The notes beneath the pieces were generated by a model. It did not search any database, was not told where the DNA came from, and worked only from the letters and a program-made list of their open reading frames with translations. Positions 29,362 to 38,609 of a stretch of 64,000 nucleotides of DNA are shown here, in pieces (within the stretch, counting starts at the first letter, position 1; the number at the start of each line of letters is the position of its first letter). This stretch comes from Candidatus Latescibacterota bacterium (GTDB lineage Bacteria > Latescibacterota > UBA2968 > UBA8231). The position numbers were made by a program, and so were the translations under genes. The stretch covers positions 2,528,001 to 2,592,000 of the forward strand of contig CBDETY010000003.1 in the NCBI GenBank assembly GCA_965243025.1, written 5' to 3'.

Positions 29362-30321
29362 TCACGCCGGCCGCGACTCGCGATTCAACTCCATCACGGC
29401 CGCGCGCACTGCGCGCAAGGCCAGGCGCGGATCTCCCTGCAAATGGTGCAGATGCCGCTCCAGGCCGGCAATCGGCGTCATGTTGACCGGCGCGCGTTCA
29501 TCCCGGTGCGGGGCGGAAGCGAACGCCGGAAGCCAGCTCGCCGCGGCATCCGCCGTTTCCACCGCCAATCTCTGCCCGACTCCGGCCGGCACCTCGAGCC
29601 GCACGATCCCCGCCCACGGACTGGCCCAGGGTCCAGGCAGGCCGACCCGCAGGTAGCAGCCGTAGAGGTCGTCGCGCATGGCGAACAGACCGGAGCGCTC
29701 CCCCGAGGACAATTGCGGTACCCGGGACCACGCCTCGGGCTCCAGCATCGGGCGGTGATGGGTCTTCACGTAGCCGATGACGGGGAGCGTGCGCGTGCGC
29801 CGGATATGGTGCAGCGGTCCGTCGATGACCGTGAGCCAGTCCCGAATCGAGAGTCCCTCGGCAATGGCTGCCTCGGTATCGCGCATCCGCCAGCGCAGGC
29901 GGTCGCGGGCAGCCTCGAGTTCGGTGCTGGTGATCGAGTCCGCCTCCCAGCGCCACCCGCCGGACTGCGGCGGCAGCTCGACCCGGTGACCGTCGGTGAA
30001 GATCGCCGTCCGACCCACCCCGACCTGATCGAAGCGCAGCGGCTCCTCCCCCTCTGCCAGTACCGCACCGGCCCCCCAGCTTCCCGCCAGGCCGGTCACC
30101 GTTCCCCGCTCATCGGTACGGGTCAGGCGGGCCTCGATACGCATGGTGCCGTCGACGAACGCCAATCGTCGGGGGCGTTGCGTCTCGACTGGCCGATGGC
30201 TGCGGAACAGACCATCATCCTCCACCAGTTTGCAAGCTTGAGCTTCTGAAGAATCGATGCGGACCTGAAAGGCGCCTCCGAACCCGGTATCGAACGGCTC
30301 AACTCCGATGGTACTGTTCAA
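29362..30321 (-). CDS. nurA: NurA-family 5'-3' nuclease
   Basis: LAFVDG, VIDGPL, IGYVKTH, RAPVNMTPIAGLE; lies directly upstream of herA. Confidence 0.85.
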   Translation of the reverse strand: MNSTIGVEPFDTGFGGAFQVRIDSSEAQACKLVEDDGLFRSHRPVETQRPRRLAFVDGTMRIEARLTRTDERGTVTGLAGSWGAGAVLAEGEEPLRFDQVGVGRTAIFTDGHRVELPPQSGGWRWEADSITSTELEAARDRLRWRMRDTEAAIAEGLSIRDWLTVIDGPLHHIRRTRTLPVIGYVKTHHRPMLEPEAWSRVPQLSSGERSGLFAMRDDLYGCYLRVGLPGPWASPWAGIVRLEVPAGVGQRLAVETADAAASWLPAFASAPHRDERAPVNMTPIAGLERHLHHLQGDPRLALRAVRAAVMELNRESRPA

Positions 30322-30411
30322 GTCGGTCCATTCTCCCCTGGTTGCGTGCCGTTCGGCCGACCGATCTCCCTGGTGGGTCTCACGCCTGTCTTCGAGACCA
30401 AACGACTCTGC

Positions 30412-31587
30412 TCAGGCCGCGGTCTGGAAAGGCTTCCAGTCCTCGCCGGCGGCCGCGGCCTGGCGCTCCAGCTCGCTGCGCCAGCCTACCACCTCCCCGG
30501 ACTTGATGCGGTTGATGTCGAAACCGGCGTAGCGGTCCTCGAGCGTGTCCCCCAGCCTCTGCGATTCCGCCCAGCGGTCCCAGCCGGTCTTCATCCACTC
30601 GTGGGGCAGGGCCTCGCGCACCACCGGGTCGAGCTGCCAGGCGTGGCGGGCGTCCGCAACCGCCGGCTCCCCGGTAAACGGGCCCTTCCACTTCGACCAG
30701 CCGATCGACAGGGTGTTGCGCTCGCGGTCGGGGCGGGTGTGACCGGTGTGGATCGTCGCCCCGTTGCGGATCAGGGCCTCGCCGGCTTTCAGCCGGATCG
30801 CCACCTGCCCCGGGAGCGGATCCTCGCCGTTCCAGCTGGGGGTGTAGGGCACCCCCTGGTCCTTCATCTTCTGCGGCAGGAGGACGTCGTGCTCGAGCGG
30901 GGTCCGCCAGCGCTCGTGGCTTCCGGGCACGAGCTCGTGGGCGGCGTCGTCGGCCAGCGCCAGGAACATGCTGACGCCGTCCCGCTCCTCGATGGACCGG
31001 GCGTTGTCGGCGCGGATCTCCTCCCAGCGGATTCTCTCAACCTCCTCCGAGTAGTCCTCCGGGGTGTCCCCGCGGACCTCCCGCTGCGCGAGGTAGCCCT
31101 TCCCCGTCCCCCACCAGGTCGCGTCCCGGTGCCAGCCCAGCTTGTTCTCGTAGCCCCGGGGGTTGCACCACAGCAGCATCCCCCCCAACGCCATGTCCTC
31201 CGGCCCGAGCCCGTGGCACCAGGAGGCGGCGAAGGCGAGGGCCTCGGGGGAGCCGTGAAACTCCGCGAAGTCAGGCTCGCCGAAGGCGGGGTGGATGAGG
31301 CCGCGGATCGCCCACGGCTCCTCCTCCCTGGCGCGGTGCACGTACCCCTTCGAGCTGTCGATCCTGCTGTAGCCGTGCTCCGGCCTGACGGCCTCGGTGA
31401 TACGGCGGCCCGCTTCCCGGAGGACGGGTATCCAGGGGCTGCCGACGAAGTCGTTGATGATGACGAACCCGTGCTCCTTCAGGTGGGCGAGCCTCTCGGG
31501 GGTAGCCCCGGGAGCGGTGAGCTCCGGCCTGAAATCGGCGAAGCCGGCCTGGTACGGCGACGACTGCGGCTGATCGTTCATTTTCAT
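30412..31587 (-). CDS. Phytanoyl-CoA dioxygenase family protein
   Basis: LKEHGFVII, WHRD, VPGSH, TIHTG. Confidence 0.85.
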   Translation of the reverse strand: MKMNDQPQSSPYQAGFADFRPELTAPGATPERLAHLKEHGFVIINDFVGSPWIPVLREAGRRITEAVRPEHGYSRIDSSKGYVHRAREEEPWAIRGLIHPAFGEPDFAEFHGSPEALAFAASWCHGLGPEDMALGGMLLWCNPRGYENKLGWHRDATWWGTGKGYLAQREVRGDTPEDYSEEVERIRWEEIRADNARSIEERDGVSMFLALADDAAHELVPGSHERWRTPLEHDVLLPQKMKDQGVPYTPSWNGEDPLPGQVAIRLKAGEALIRNGATIHTGHTRPDRERNTLSIGWSKWKGPFTGEPAVADARHAWQLDPVVREALPHEWMKTGWDRWAESQRLGDTLEDRYAGFDINRIKSGEVVGWRSELERQAAAAGEDWKPFQTAA

Positions 31588-31733
31588 ACTCTCCTTTGAC
31601 TGTAACCCACAGGAAATGATTCAACCCCAGTTTGGGGACTCCAATCTGTTGGACCGAACGAGTCGATAGAAGGCTTCCTCCACCCCTGATCTGCCGCCCC
31701 TTCCCATCCTTTCCCCGCCTGATCCGGCAAACC

Positions 31734-32735
31734 TCAAAACCGCGTATGCTCGAAGCGGGCGAACCGCGTCTCGACCCCCAGCTTTTCCGCCTCCTCGACG
31801 AGCGCCCGGATGTGGCCGTCGCTCATCGGGATCCCTTTCTCCCGGTTTTCCCGCTCCCACATCCACTCGTTGCCGCCGGCCAGCTCCGCCCGAACCATGC
31901 CGGGCGCGGGCCGGGTCCGGCGGGCAGAGCCGATGAAGCGATCCATTTCGCTCTTCAACTCCTCAACCGGCATGAAGTGGGCGACGTTGACGACGGCGAT
32001 GAACGAACCCTGGTTCGCCTCCCACTCCGACTCGACGGCCTCCTCGCGGTACACCCCGGGAAACACCCCTCCCAGGGAGCGGATCGCCGCACTCAGCGCC
32101 ATCGATTTGAAGAACGTCGTCGGCATCCGCTCGAACAGCTCCTCATCGAATTGGACGAGGCCGCCGCCCATATCCATGGTGACGGGTGGCTGCTCCCCCG
32201 CCGGAATCGCGATGCTGATCGGAGAGGGATCGACGATGTCGGCAATCGTCTGCTCCGGGCCCAGGCAGGTGCGGTGCGCTGAAACCGCCAGCCCGATGCA
32301 GTCCCGTTCGATCGCCAGACGGGTGTAATTCCCGGCAGAGCCGAAGTGCTGGTGGTTGCGCGTCGTCAGCACGGCTACCCCGCCAGTCCGGGCTTTTTCG
32401 ATGATCTTTTCAGTTCCGCGCCAGCACGGGAAGTATCCCAGGCCGCCGTCGCCATCCATCACCAGCGCCCCGGGGGCCTCGCTCACGGTGGTGATCCGCG
32501 GGCGCGGGTTGATGTCGCCGTCCTTGATCTTGTGCAGGTAATAGGGAACCTGGCCGGTCCCGTGGGAGTAGATGCAGCGCCTGTTGTTGCGCGTCAGAAT
32601 CCCCGCCAGCAGGCCGGCGTCGTCCCCGGACATGCCGACTTTCTCGAAGAGGCGGACGAGAAGGGAATGGATCTCCCCGCCCGGCACGCGAATGCCGTGG
32701 TCGGGCGGGTAATTGCGCCTGTTCAGGTTCTTCAT
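31734..32735 (-). CDS. Ldh_2 (malate/L-lactate dehydrogenase-like, YbiC/AllD) family oxidoreductase
   Basis: YSHG, INPRP, MDGDGGLG, RNHQHFG, PISIAIP. Start MKNLNRR at 32735. Confidence 0.88.
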   Translation of the reverse strand: MKNLNRRNYPPDHGIRVPGGEIHSLLVRLFEKVGMSGDDAGLLAGILTRNNRRCIYSHGTGQVPYYLHKIKDGDINPRPRITTVSEAPGALVMDGDGGLGYFPCWRGTEKIIEKARTGGVAVLTTRNHQHFGSAGNYTRLAIERDCIGLAVSAHRTCLGPEQTIADIVDPSPISIAIPAGEQPPVTMDMGGGLVQFDEELFERMPTTFFKSMALSAAIRSLGGVFPGVYREEAVESEWEANQGSFIAVVNVAHFMPVEELKSEMDRFIGSARRTRPAPGMVRAELAGGNEWMWERENREKGIPMSDGHIRALVEEAEKLGVETRFARFEHTRF

Positions 32736-32763
32736 CTCCAGAATCGTCGCGGGTTGTGAGGGA

Positions 32764-33588
32764 TTACTCACCGGAACCGACGTGCCCCTCGAATCCCCAC
32801 CGGCGCAGGACCTCCAGCCAGCGCCGGCGCTGCGGGCTGCCGCCCGGGTTGGCGAGCCATTCGGGGTGCGGGCGCAGCAGCGGAAAGGCGTCGACGAGAC
32901 CGGCGTGCTGCCCGACAAGCTCCCGCACCGACGCTTCCTCACCGGGCGTTTCCGGCGCCGCGAAATAGCCGACGCTGCACATCCTGCGATCGCTGCCGCC
33001 CCCCCAGCTCGCGTGCCAGACGCGGTTGTCGAAGGCGATGACGTCCCCCGGTTCGGAGCGGGCCGCGAACGCCGGGACCTCGTCGGTGGGCAGACCCTCC
33101 TCGTTCGCCACCCCGTCGATCGACTGCTTGAGCGGCAGGGCCGCGATAGCGGAGTGCAGGGGATCCCTGTGAGAGCCGGGAACCAGTCTCAGGGCGCCGG
33201 TGTTCCCGTCGAGGGGCTGCAGGTAGAAGGCGAACTTCACCCCGCGGCGGCGCAGGTCCGCGGTGTCGGGGTGCCACTCCGTCTGCTCCCCGTCGAAGGA
33301 GTTCGAGTTGGCGTAGTGCCCGACGGCCCCGCCGCCGTACAGCTGTTCGGCCGCCCCGACGAACCGGGGATCCTCGAGCAGGCCGGCCAGCCGGGGGGTA
33401 TCCGGCCCGAGGTTCGACCAGTTGAGCTGCCTGCGCCCCCCCTTCCGGCTCATCTCCTTCCTGGCGCGGGCGAGCCCGAGGTCGAACTCCGCGGCAAAGG
33501 CGGCCAGCTCTTCCCGGCCGAGGAAGCCGCGCAGAACGACGAAGCCGAAGGTCTCGAACCGGGCCAGCTCGTTCGCGGTGAAGGTCAC
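32764..33588 (-). CDS. Phytanoyl-CoA dioxygenase family protein
   Basis: FETFGFVVLRG, WHPD, LVPGSH, PGDV, VWHAS. GTG start overlapping the upstream stop. Confidence 0.88.
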   Translation of the reverse strand: MTFTANELARFETFGFVVLRGFLGREELAAFAAEFDLGLARARKEMSRKGGRRQLNWSNLGPDTPRLAGLLEDPRFVGAAEQLYGGGAVGHYANSNSFDGEQTEWHPDTADLRRRGVKFAFYLQPLDGNTGALRLVPGSHRDPLHSAIAALPLKQSIDGVANEEGLPTDEVPAFAARSEPGDVIAFDNRVWHASWGGGSDRRMCSVGYFAAPETPGEEASVRELVGQHAGLVDAFPLLRPHPEWLANPGGSPQRRRWLEVLRRWGFEGHVGSGE

Positions 33589-34601
33589 GGGCCCGCCTCC
33601 GTCCAGCGCCGGAAGCTCTCCTCGTCGACGTTGCGCCCGCTGACGACGATCACCACGTCCCCCTCTCCGTCGAGATCGACGGCCCCCTGGAGGGCGGCGG
33701 CGGCGGCGATCGCCCCCGAGGGCTCGGTGCGCAGCCCGTGCTCGGCGTAGAGCCAGCGCATGGCCTCGCAGGTGACGGCGTCCGCCACGGACACGGCCGC
33801 GGGCACGTGCCGGCGCAGGATCGGCCAGTTGTGCTCCCCCACGTCGTAGGACAGCAGGCCGTCGCAGATGCTCTGCGGCTTTTCGATCCGCACCCGCTCC
33901 CCCTTGGCCAGGGACCGGCAGTAGTCGTCGGCCCCCTCCGGTTCGACGCCGACGACGGCGGCCCCGGGAAAGCCTCCGGCGACGGCGAGGGCATGCCCCG
34001 CCATCAGTCCGCCGCCGCTGACCGGACAGATGAAATGGGAGAGCCCGCGGTCCTGCCGGCGCAGCTCCTCGACGATCTCCAGACCTCCCACCCCGTTGCC
34101 GGCGATGACGTGGTTGTCGTCGTAGGGGGAGGCCTCGACCGCCCCGCTTGCGGCGATCTCCGCGGTCAGGCGGTCGCGCTCCCCGGTCAGGTGGTCGCTG
34201 CTTATGTCGTAGGTGCGGATCTCGGCTCCGAGCGAACGCGTCAGCTCGAACTTCACCTTCGGCGCGCTCTCCGGCATGACGATGACGACCCGCTTGCCGT
34301 AGCGATGCCCCGCGAAGGCGATGCCCGAGGCGAAGTTGCCCGACGAGTGCGCCACCACCGGAAGGCCGCCGATGGCGGCGAGGTTGTTCTCCATCCAGTT
34401 GAGCGCCCCGAGCAGCTTGAACGAGCCGACCGGGGTCCAGCCGTAGTCCTTGAGCCAGACGCGGCGGCCCCCGGCAAGGCAGAGCTTTTTCTCGAGCGGG
34501 TACGAGCGCACCAGCGGCGCCGGGGAGACGTGCCGGCGCACGACAGCGGCGGCGTTCTGCACGTCGGCGAGGGTCGCCGTTTGAATTGACATTACGGTCA
34601 C
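33585..34601 (-). CDS. Threonine/serine dehydratase family PLP enzyme
   Basis: GSFK, SSGN, VSGGGL, EPSGA, SGRN. Start may be 34592. Confidence 0.9.
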   Translation of the reverse strand: MTVMSIQTATLADVQNAAAVVRRHVSPAPLVRSYPLEKKLCLAGGRRVWLKDYGWTPVGSFKLLGALNWMENNLAAIGGLPVVAHSSGNFASGIAFAGHRYGKRVVIVMPESAPKVKFELTRSLGAEIRTYDISSDHLTGERDRLTAEIAASGAVEASPYDDNHVIAGNGVGGLEIVEELRRQDRGLSHFICPVSGGGLMAGHALAVAGGFPGAAVVGVEPEGADDYCRSLAKGERVRIEKPQSICDGLLSYDVGEHNWPILRRHVPAAVSVADAVTCEAMRWLYAEHGLRTEPSGAIAAAAALQGAVDLDGEGDVVIVVSGRNVDEESFRRWTEAGP

Positions 34602-34689
34602 AGCTTCTAAACTCAGCGGGCAAAATCGGCTTGTAAAGAAAAAACGCCGCGGGCCCGCGGCTTCTCCAACAGGGGCAGGGACTCAACTG

Positions 34690-35967
34690 ATGGCTCCACC
34701 GGAACGAGAGGTGTTCAGACAGGCCTGGAAATGGCACGATCCGCTCGGCAGCGGCGAGTACACCATCGGCAAGGAGCAGTTCTACCAGATGGACGCCTCC
34801 TGCGGCCCGGTCCGGAACAGCCGCCTGCTGGCCGAGCCGATCACCGATGCCCGCGGCGCCGTCGAAGTGCAGATGGAAATCACCTGCGGCCGCGTCTACC
34901 GCGTCCTACTCCACGACTCCGGGGACCGGGTGGCCGCGCACCTGCGCATCGACCGCGAGGGGGTCATGGCCTTCCACGACGGCGGGGAGTTCGTCGACTG
35001 CGGGGCGCGGCTGATGTTCGAGTACGGCGACGAGCGGCTCTGGGAGGACAACTCCATCGGCCCGACCTGGTTTGAGTCCAACCGCATGCTCTTCACCCTG
35101 CGCTCGAGCCTTCACACCTACCGCTTCGGCGGCTTCTCCTTCGACGAGGGCAGCTTCACCTTCAGCCTCGACGGGGAGTCCCGCACGGTACCGCTCGCCG
35201 GACCCGCTGCGGAAATCGTCAAGCTCGAGCTGCAGATCGAGACCGTGGAGCCCGGCACGGCCATCTGGCTCGACCATTACGCCCAGTTCCGCGGCGGCGA
35301 GACCATCGACTACGAGGACTTCCCCAACTACTTCGACGACTGGGCCCTCGACAAGTATTACCCGCAGGAGAAGTTCTACCCCAGCAGAATGAGCATGAAG
35401 GACCACCGGCACCTCGAGATCTGCACCAAGTACGGCGACGTCATCAGCCGCATGCCGGAGTCCGTGCTCAGCGGCTCGGTGGAGCTCTCGGTGATGACGA
35501 CCGACGTCAACCAGGAGGTCGCCTTCCAGATCATGGAGCTGGGACAGCGCCGGGGCGAGGAGGCCGGCGGCATCTTCATCTTCATCTACGCCGGCCTGTG
35601 GTCGGCGGCAACCGTCAAGCGGGACAAATGGGAAGAGATCACCGCCGCGGCCGAAGCCGGGCTCATCCCGCCGTGGGGGCACTACTACTTCGAGAGCTTC
35701 GATCCGCCGCTGAAGGCGGAGAACGGCCGGTTCTACGAGGTCCGCATCGAATGGGACGGCGTTCAGGGAACCTGGAGGCTGTGGATCGACGGCGAGCTGC
35801 GCAGGGACGAGGGCCAGGGGTACGACAGGCCGCTGAAGCCGCTTAAGAAGGGAGTGGACACCATCAGGCTGCACCCCGGCTCGCACGTGTTTCCGCACGG
35901 GGGGGTCTCCTCCTATTCCTACTGGGGGGAGATCGCAGTCAAATCGCGGGACGAGGTCTCGTCTTGA
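34690..35967 (+). CDS. Hypothetical protein, beta-rich (possibly concanavalin/LamG-like)
   Basis: Host-like codon bias; FYEVRIEWD...WRLWIDG pattern; first gene of a + strand run. Confidence 0.7.
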   Translation: MAPPEREVFRQAWKWHDPLGSGEYTIGKEQFYQMDASCGPVRNSRLLAEPITDARGAVEVQMEITCGRVYRVLLHDSGDRVAAHLRIDREGVMAFHDGGEFVDCGARLMFEYGDERLWEDNSIGPTWFESNRMLFTLRSSLHTYRFGGFSFDEGSFTFSLDGESRTVPLAGPAAEIVKLELQIETVEPGTAIWLDHYAQFRGGETIDYEDFPNYFDDWALDKYYPQEKFYPSRMSMKDHRHLEICTKYGDVISRMPESVLSGSVELSVMTTDVNQEVAFQIMELGQRRGEEAGGIFIFIYAGLWSAATVKRDKWEEITAAAEAGLIPPWGHYYFESFDPPLKAENGRFYEVRIEWDGVQGTWRLWIDGELRRDEGQGYDRPLKPLKKGVDTIRLHPGSHVFPHGGVSSYSYWGEIAVKSRDEVSS

Positions 35968-35983
35968 AAGACGGGGACCCGCC

Positions 35984-37090
35984 GTGAAGATCGCCGCCCT
36001 CCGCGCCACCCTGGTGGCGGTTCCCTACATCGAGGCGCTGCGCGACGAACGGCCCGGCGGCTACCGCACCGTCATCGTCGAGCTGGAAAGCGACGACGGC
36101 GCCGCCGGCGTCGGGGAGTGCGGCATGGGCTGGATCGAGCCGGAGGTGATGCTGCGCATGGTCGCCGAGTACGAGCCGGCGGTGGTCGGGGAGGATCCCT
36201 TCGACACCGAGCGGATCTGGGCGAAGCTGTGGTCGGCCTCCCCCCATCACCAGCGCTACTGGCCGATCAACCGCGTCCTCTGCGGCATCGAGACGGCGGT
36301 CTGGGACCTCCTCGGCAAGGCCAGCGGCCAGCCGCTGTGCAAGCTGATCGGGGGCCTGGTCAGGGACCGGGTTCCCTTCATGCCGACGCTGCACCGCTAC
36401 CGCGACCTCGACCGCATCGTCGACGAAGCCCGCGACCGGGTCGCCCGGGGTTTCAGCTGCTTCCAGGTAAAGGTGGGGGCTGCCGGAGGCACCCCTGAGG
36501 AAGACCTCGCCGTTCTGGGCGCCCTGCGGGAGGCCCTCGGTTCCGGGGTCGAGCTGGCCGCCGACGCCAACAGCGGCTGGACCCCGGACACGGCGATCCG
36601 CATGATCCGCAAGACCGCAGGGTACGACCTGTTCTACGTGGAAGACCCAGTCAACGGGCTCGACGACATGGCGGCGATCCGCAAGCGCGTCCAGGTCCCG
36701 ATCTGCGCCCACATCTTCGCCGCCGGCCCCACCCAGTCGACCCTCGAGGTAATCAGGAAAGAAGCGGCCGACCTCGTCGTCATCGCCCACCGCAACATGG
36801 GGGTTCTCGGAGTCAAGAAGGGAGCCGCGGTGGCCGAGGCCGCCGACCTCCCCGCGGTGCTGCACAGCGGCGTCGAGCTCGGGCCGGGCCTGGCGGTCAT
36901 GGTCCACCTCGCCGCCTCGACTCCCAACTGCCGCTACCCCAACCAATTGCAGTACGACCTGCTCGCCGACGACATCGTCAAGGGGGGCCGCATGCAGTTC
37001 GTCGACGGCTGCCTTCCGGTGCCCGAGGGCCCGGGGATCGGGGTCGAGCTCGACCCCGACAGGATGTCCGAGTACACCTTGAACCCCTGA
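35984..37090 (+). CDS. Mandelate racemase / muconate lactonizing enzyme family protein
   Basis: GVGE, IETAVWDLLGK, KVG, DAN, YVEDP, PGIGVELD. Confidence 0.92.
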   Translation: MKIAALRATLVAVPYIEALRDERPGGYRTVIVELESDDGAAGVGECGMGWIEPEVMLRMVAEYEPAVVGEDPFDTERIWAKLWSASPHHQRYWPINRVLCGIETAVWDLLGKASGQPLCKLIGGLVRDRVPFMPTLHRYRDLDRIVDEARDRVARGFSCFQVKVGAAGGTPEEDLAVLGALREALGSGVELAADANSGWTPDTAIRMIRKTAGYDLFYVEDPVNGLDDMAAIRKRVQVPICAHIFAAGPTQSTLEVIRKEAADLVVIAHRNMGVLGVKKGAAVAEAADLPAVLHSGVELGPGLAVMVHLAASTPNCRYPNQLQYDLLADDIVKGGRMQFVDGCLPVPEGPGIGVELDPDRMSEYTLNP

Positions 37091-37103
37091 GGAAAGAGGA
37101 TCC

Positions 37104-38477
37104 GTGAAAGAACTTCCGACAACCAATGCCGGATGGACGGCGCTCGCCGCCCGGTACGACCTGCGCCAGTCCGGGCAGCGCCGCGCCTACCTCGTCCCCG
37201 AACGCGGGGAGGGGATCTACATGTGGGACGTCGAGGGCAACCGCTACATCGACTTCCAGTCCGGGCAGCTCTGCCTGACCCTGGGCCACTCGCACCCCGA
37301 ATACGTCGAGGCGGTCTGCGAGCAGGCCCGCAAGATCATCCAGACCGGCTCGAGCTTCTCGGCGCCGTCGGAAGTCATGCTGGCCATGAAGATCGCCGAG
37401 CTGACCCCCGAGCCGCTGAAGCGGACGTTCTTCGCCTGCTCCGGTTCCGAGTCGGTCGAGGCAGCCTTGCGGCTGGCCAAGAAATACACGGGCCGCCACG
37501 AGATCGTCGCCCTCGTCAACGGCTACCACGGCCAGACCGCCGGCAGCGCCTCGATCACCGGGCGGGGCGCGGTGCTGCGCGACGGGTACGGCCAATCGGT
37601 GTCCGACGTCAGCTTCATCCCGACCCCCTATCCGTACCGCTGTCACTTCTGCATGGACAAGGGGGGATGCACGAAAACCTGCGCCGAGTACGCCGAGGAG
37701 ATCATCGACTTCACCACCTCGGGGGAACCCGCGGCCCTCTTCTACGAGCCGATGCTGAGCACCGCCGGGCAGGTCGTCCCCACGGTCGAATGGACGCAGG
37801 AGATGCGCCGCATCTGCGACGAGCGCGGCATGCTGATGGTGGCCGACGAGGCCCTCACCGGGTTCGGGCGCACCGGCAAGTGGTTCGGCTTCGAGCACTT
37901 CGGCGTCGTTCCCGACATCCTCGCCTGCTCCAAGGGGCTGGGCGGGGGCGTTCCCCTGTGCTCGGTGACCACCAGCGACGAGATCGCCGACGCCGCCCTC
38001 GACAAGGGGTACCTGCAGTCCTCCTCCCACTCGGGGGACCCGCTGCTGTGCGCGGTCGGCCTGAAGAACCTCGAGATCGTCGAGAGGGAGAACCTCGTCG
38101 AGAACGCCCGCGTCGTCGGCGCCTACATGGAAGCGAAGCTCAAGCGGATGGAGGAGCAGTACGAGATCGTCGGCGAAGCCCGGGGCCTCGGGTTGTGCCT
38201 CGGCCTCGAGATGGTGACCGACAAGGAGAGCCGGACCCCGAACGTCGACGCCGCGGTAGAGGTCACCCGCTACTGCTTCGAGCAGAAACTGTGGATCGCC
38301 GCGGGCAAGCCCCCCGAAAACGACGAGGAGCGCAAGATGGGGGGCCGCTTCGGCTCGCACATCATCCGCTTCATGCCGCCGATCTCGATAACCGAAGAGC
38401 AGGTGGACGAGGCCCTCGAAATCATCGAGGCCGGCATTGTGGCGGCGCAGCGGAACTTTCCGGCGCGCACCGGGTGA
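37104..38477 (+). CDS. Aminotransferase class III
   Basis: GNRYIDF, SGSESVE, YHG, ADEALTGFGRTG, SKGLGGG, RGLGL. Confidence 0.94.
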   Translation: MKELPTTNAGWTALAARYDLRQSGQRRAYLVPERGEGIYMWDVEGNRYIDFQSGQLCLTLGHSHPEYVEAVCEQARKIIQTGSSFSAPSEVMLAMKIAELTPEPLKRTFFACSGSESVEAALRLAKKYTGRHEIVALVNGYHGQTAGSASITGRGAVLRDGYGQSVSDVSFIPTPYPYRCHFCMDKGGCTKTCAEYAEEIIDFTTSGEPAALFYEPMLSTAGQVVPTVEWTQEMRRICDERGMLMVADEALTGFGRTGKWFGFEHFGVVPDILACSKGLGGGVPLCSVTTSDEIADAALDKGYLQSSSHSGDPLLCAVGLKNLEIVERENLVENARVVGAYMEAKLKRMEEQYEIVGEARGLGLCLGLEMVTDKESRTPNVDAAVEVTRYCFEQKLWIAAGKPPENDEERKMGGRFGSHIIRFMPPISITEEQVDEALEIIEAGIVAAQRNFPARTG

Positions 38478-38609
38478 TCACGGCGCAGCGGGCCGTCCTA
38501 TAATCCAGCCGGCGAATATGCGCCGAAGCGGTCGCTTCCCTGACTCCCGGGCAGAATTCCGACGCCTGAGAGCCCGTTGATCTGCCTTCAAAAGGAGGAA
38601 GCCAAAGAA

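Noticed and set aside
23125-30321. Assignment to Wadjet, Lamassu or Sir2-HerA
   Set aside because: No kleisin/KITE/JetD, LmuA effector/LmuC or sirtuin. The partners are an Mre11-type phosphoesterase and NurA.
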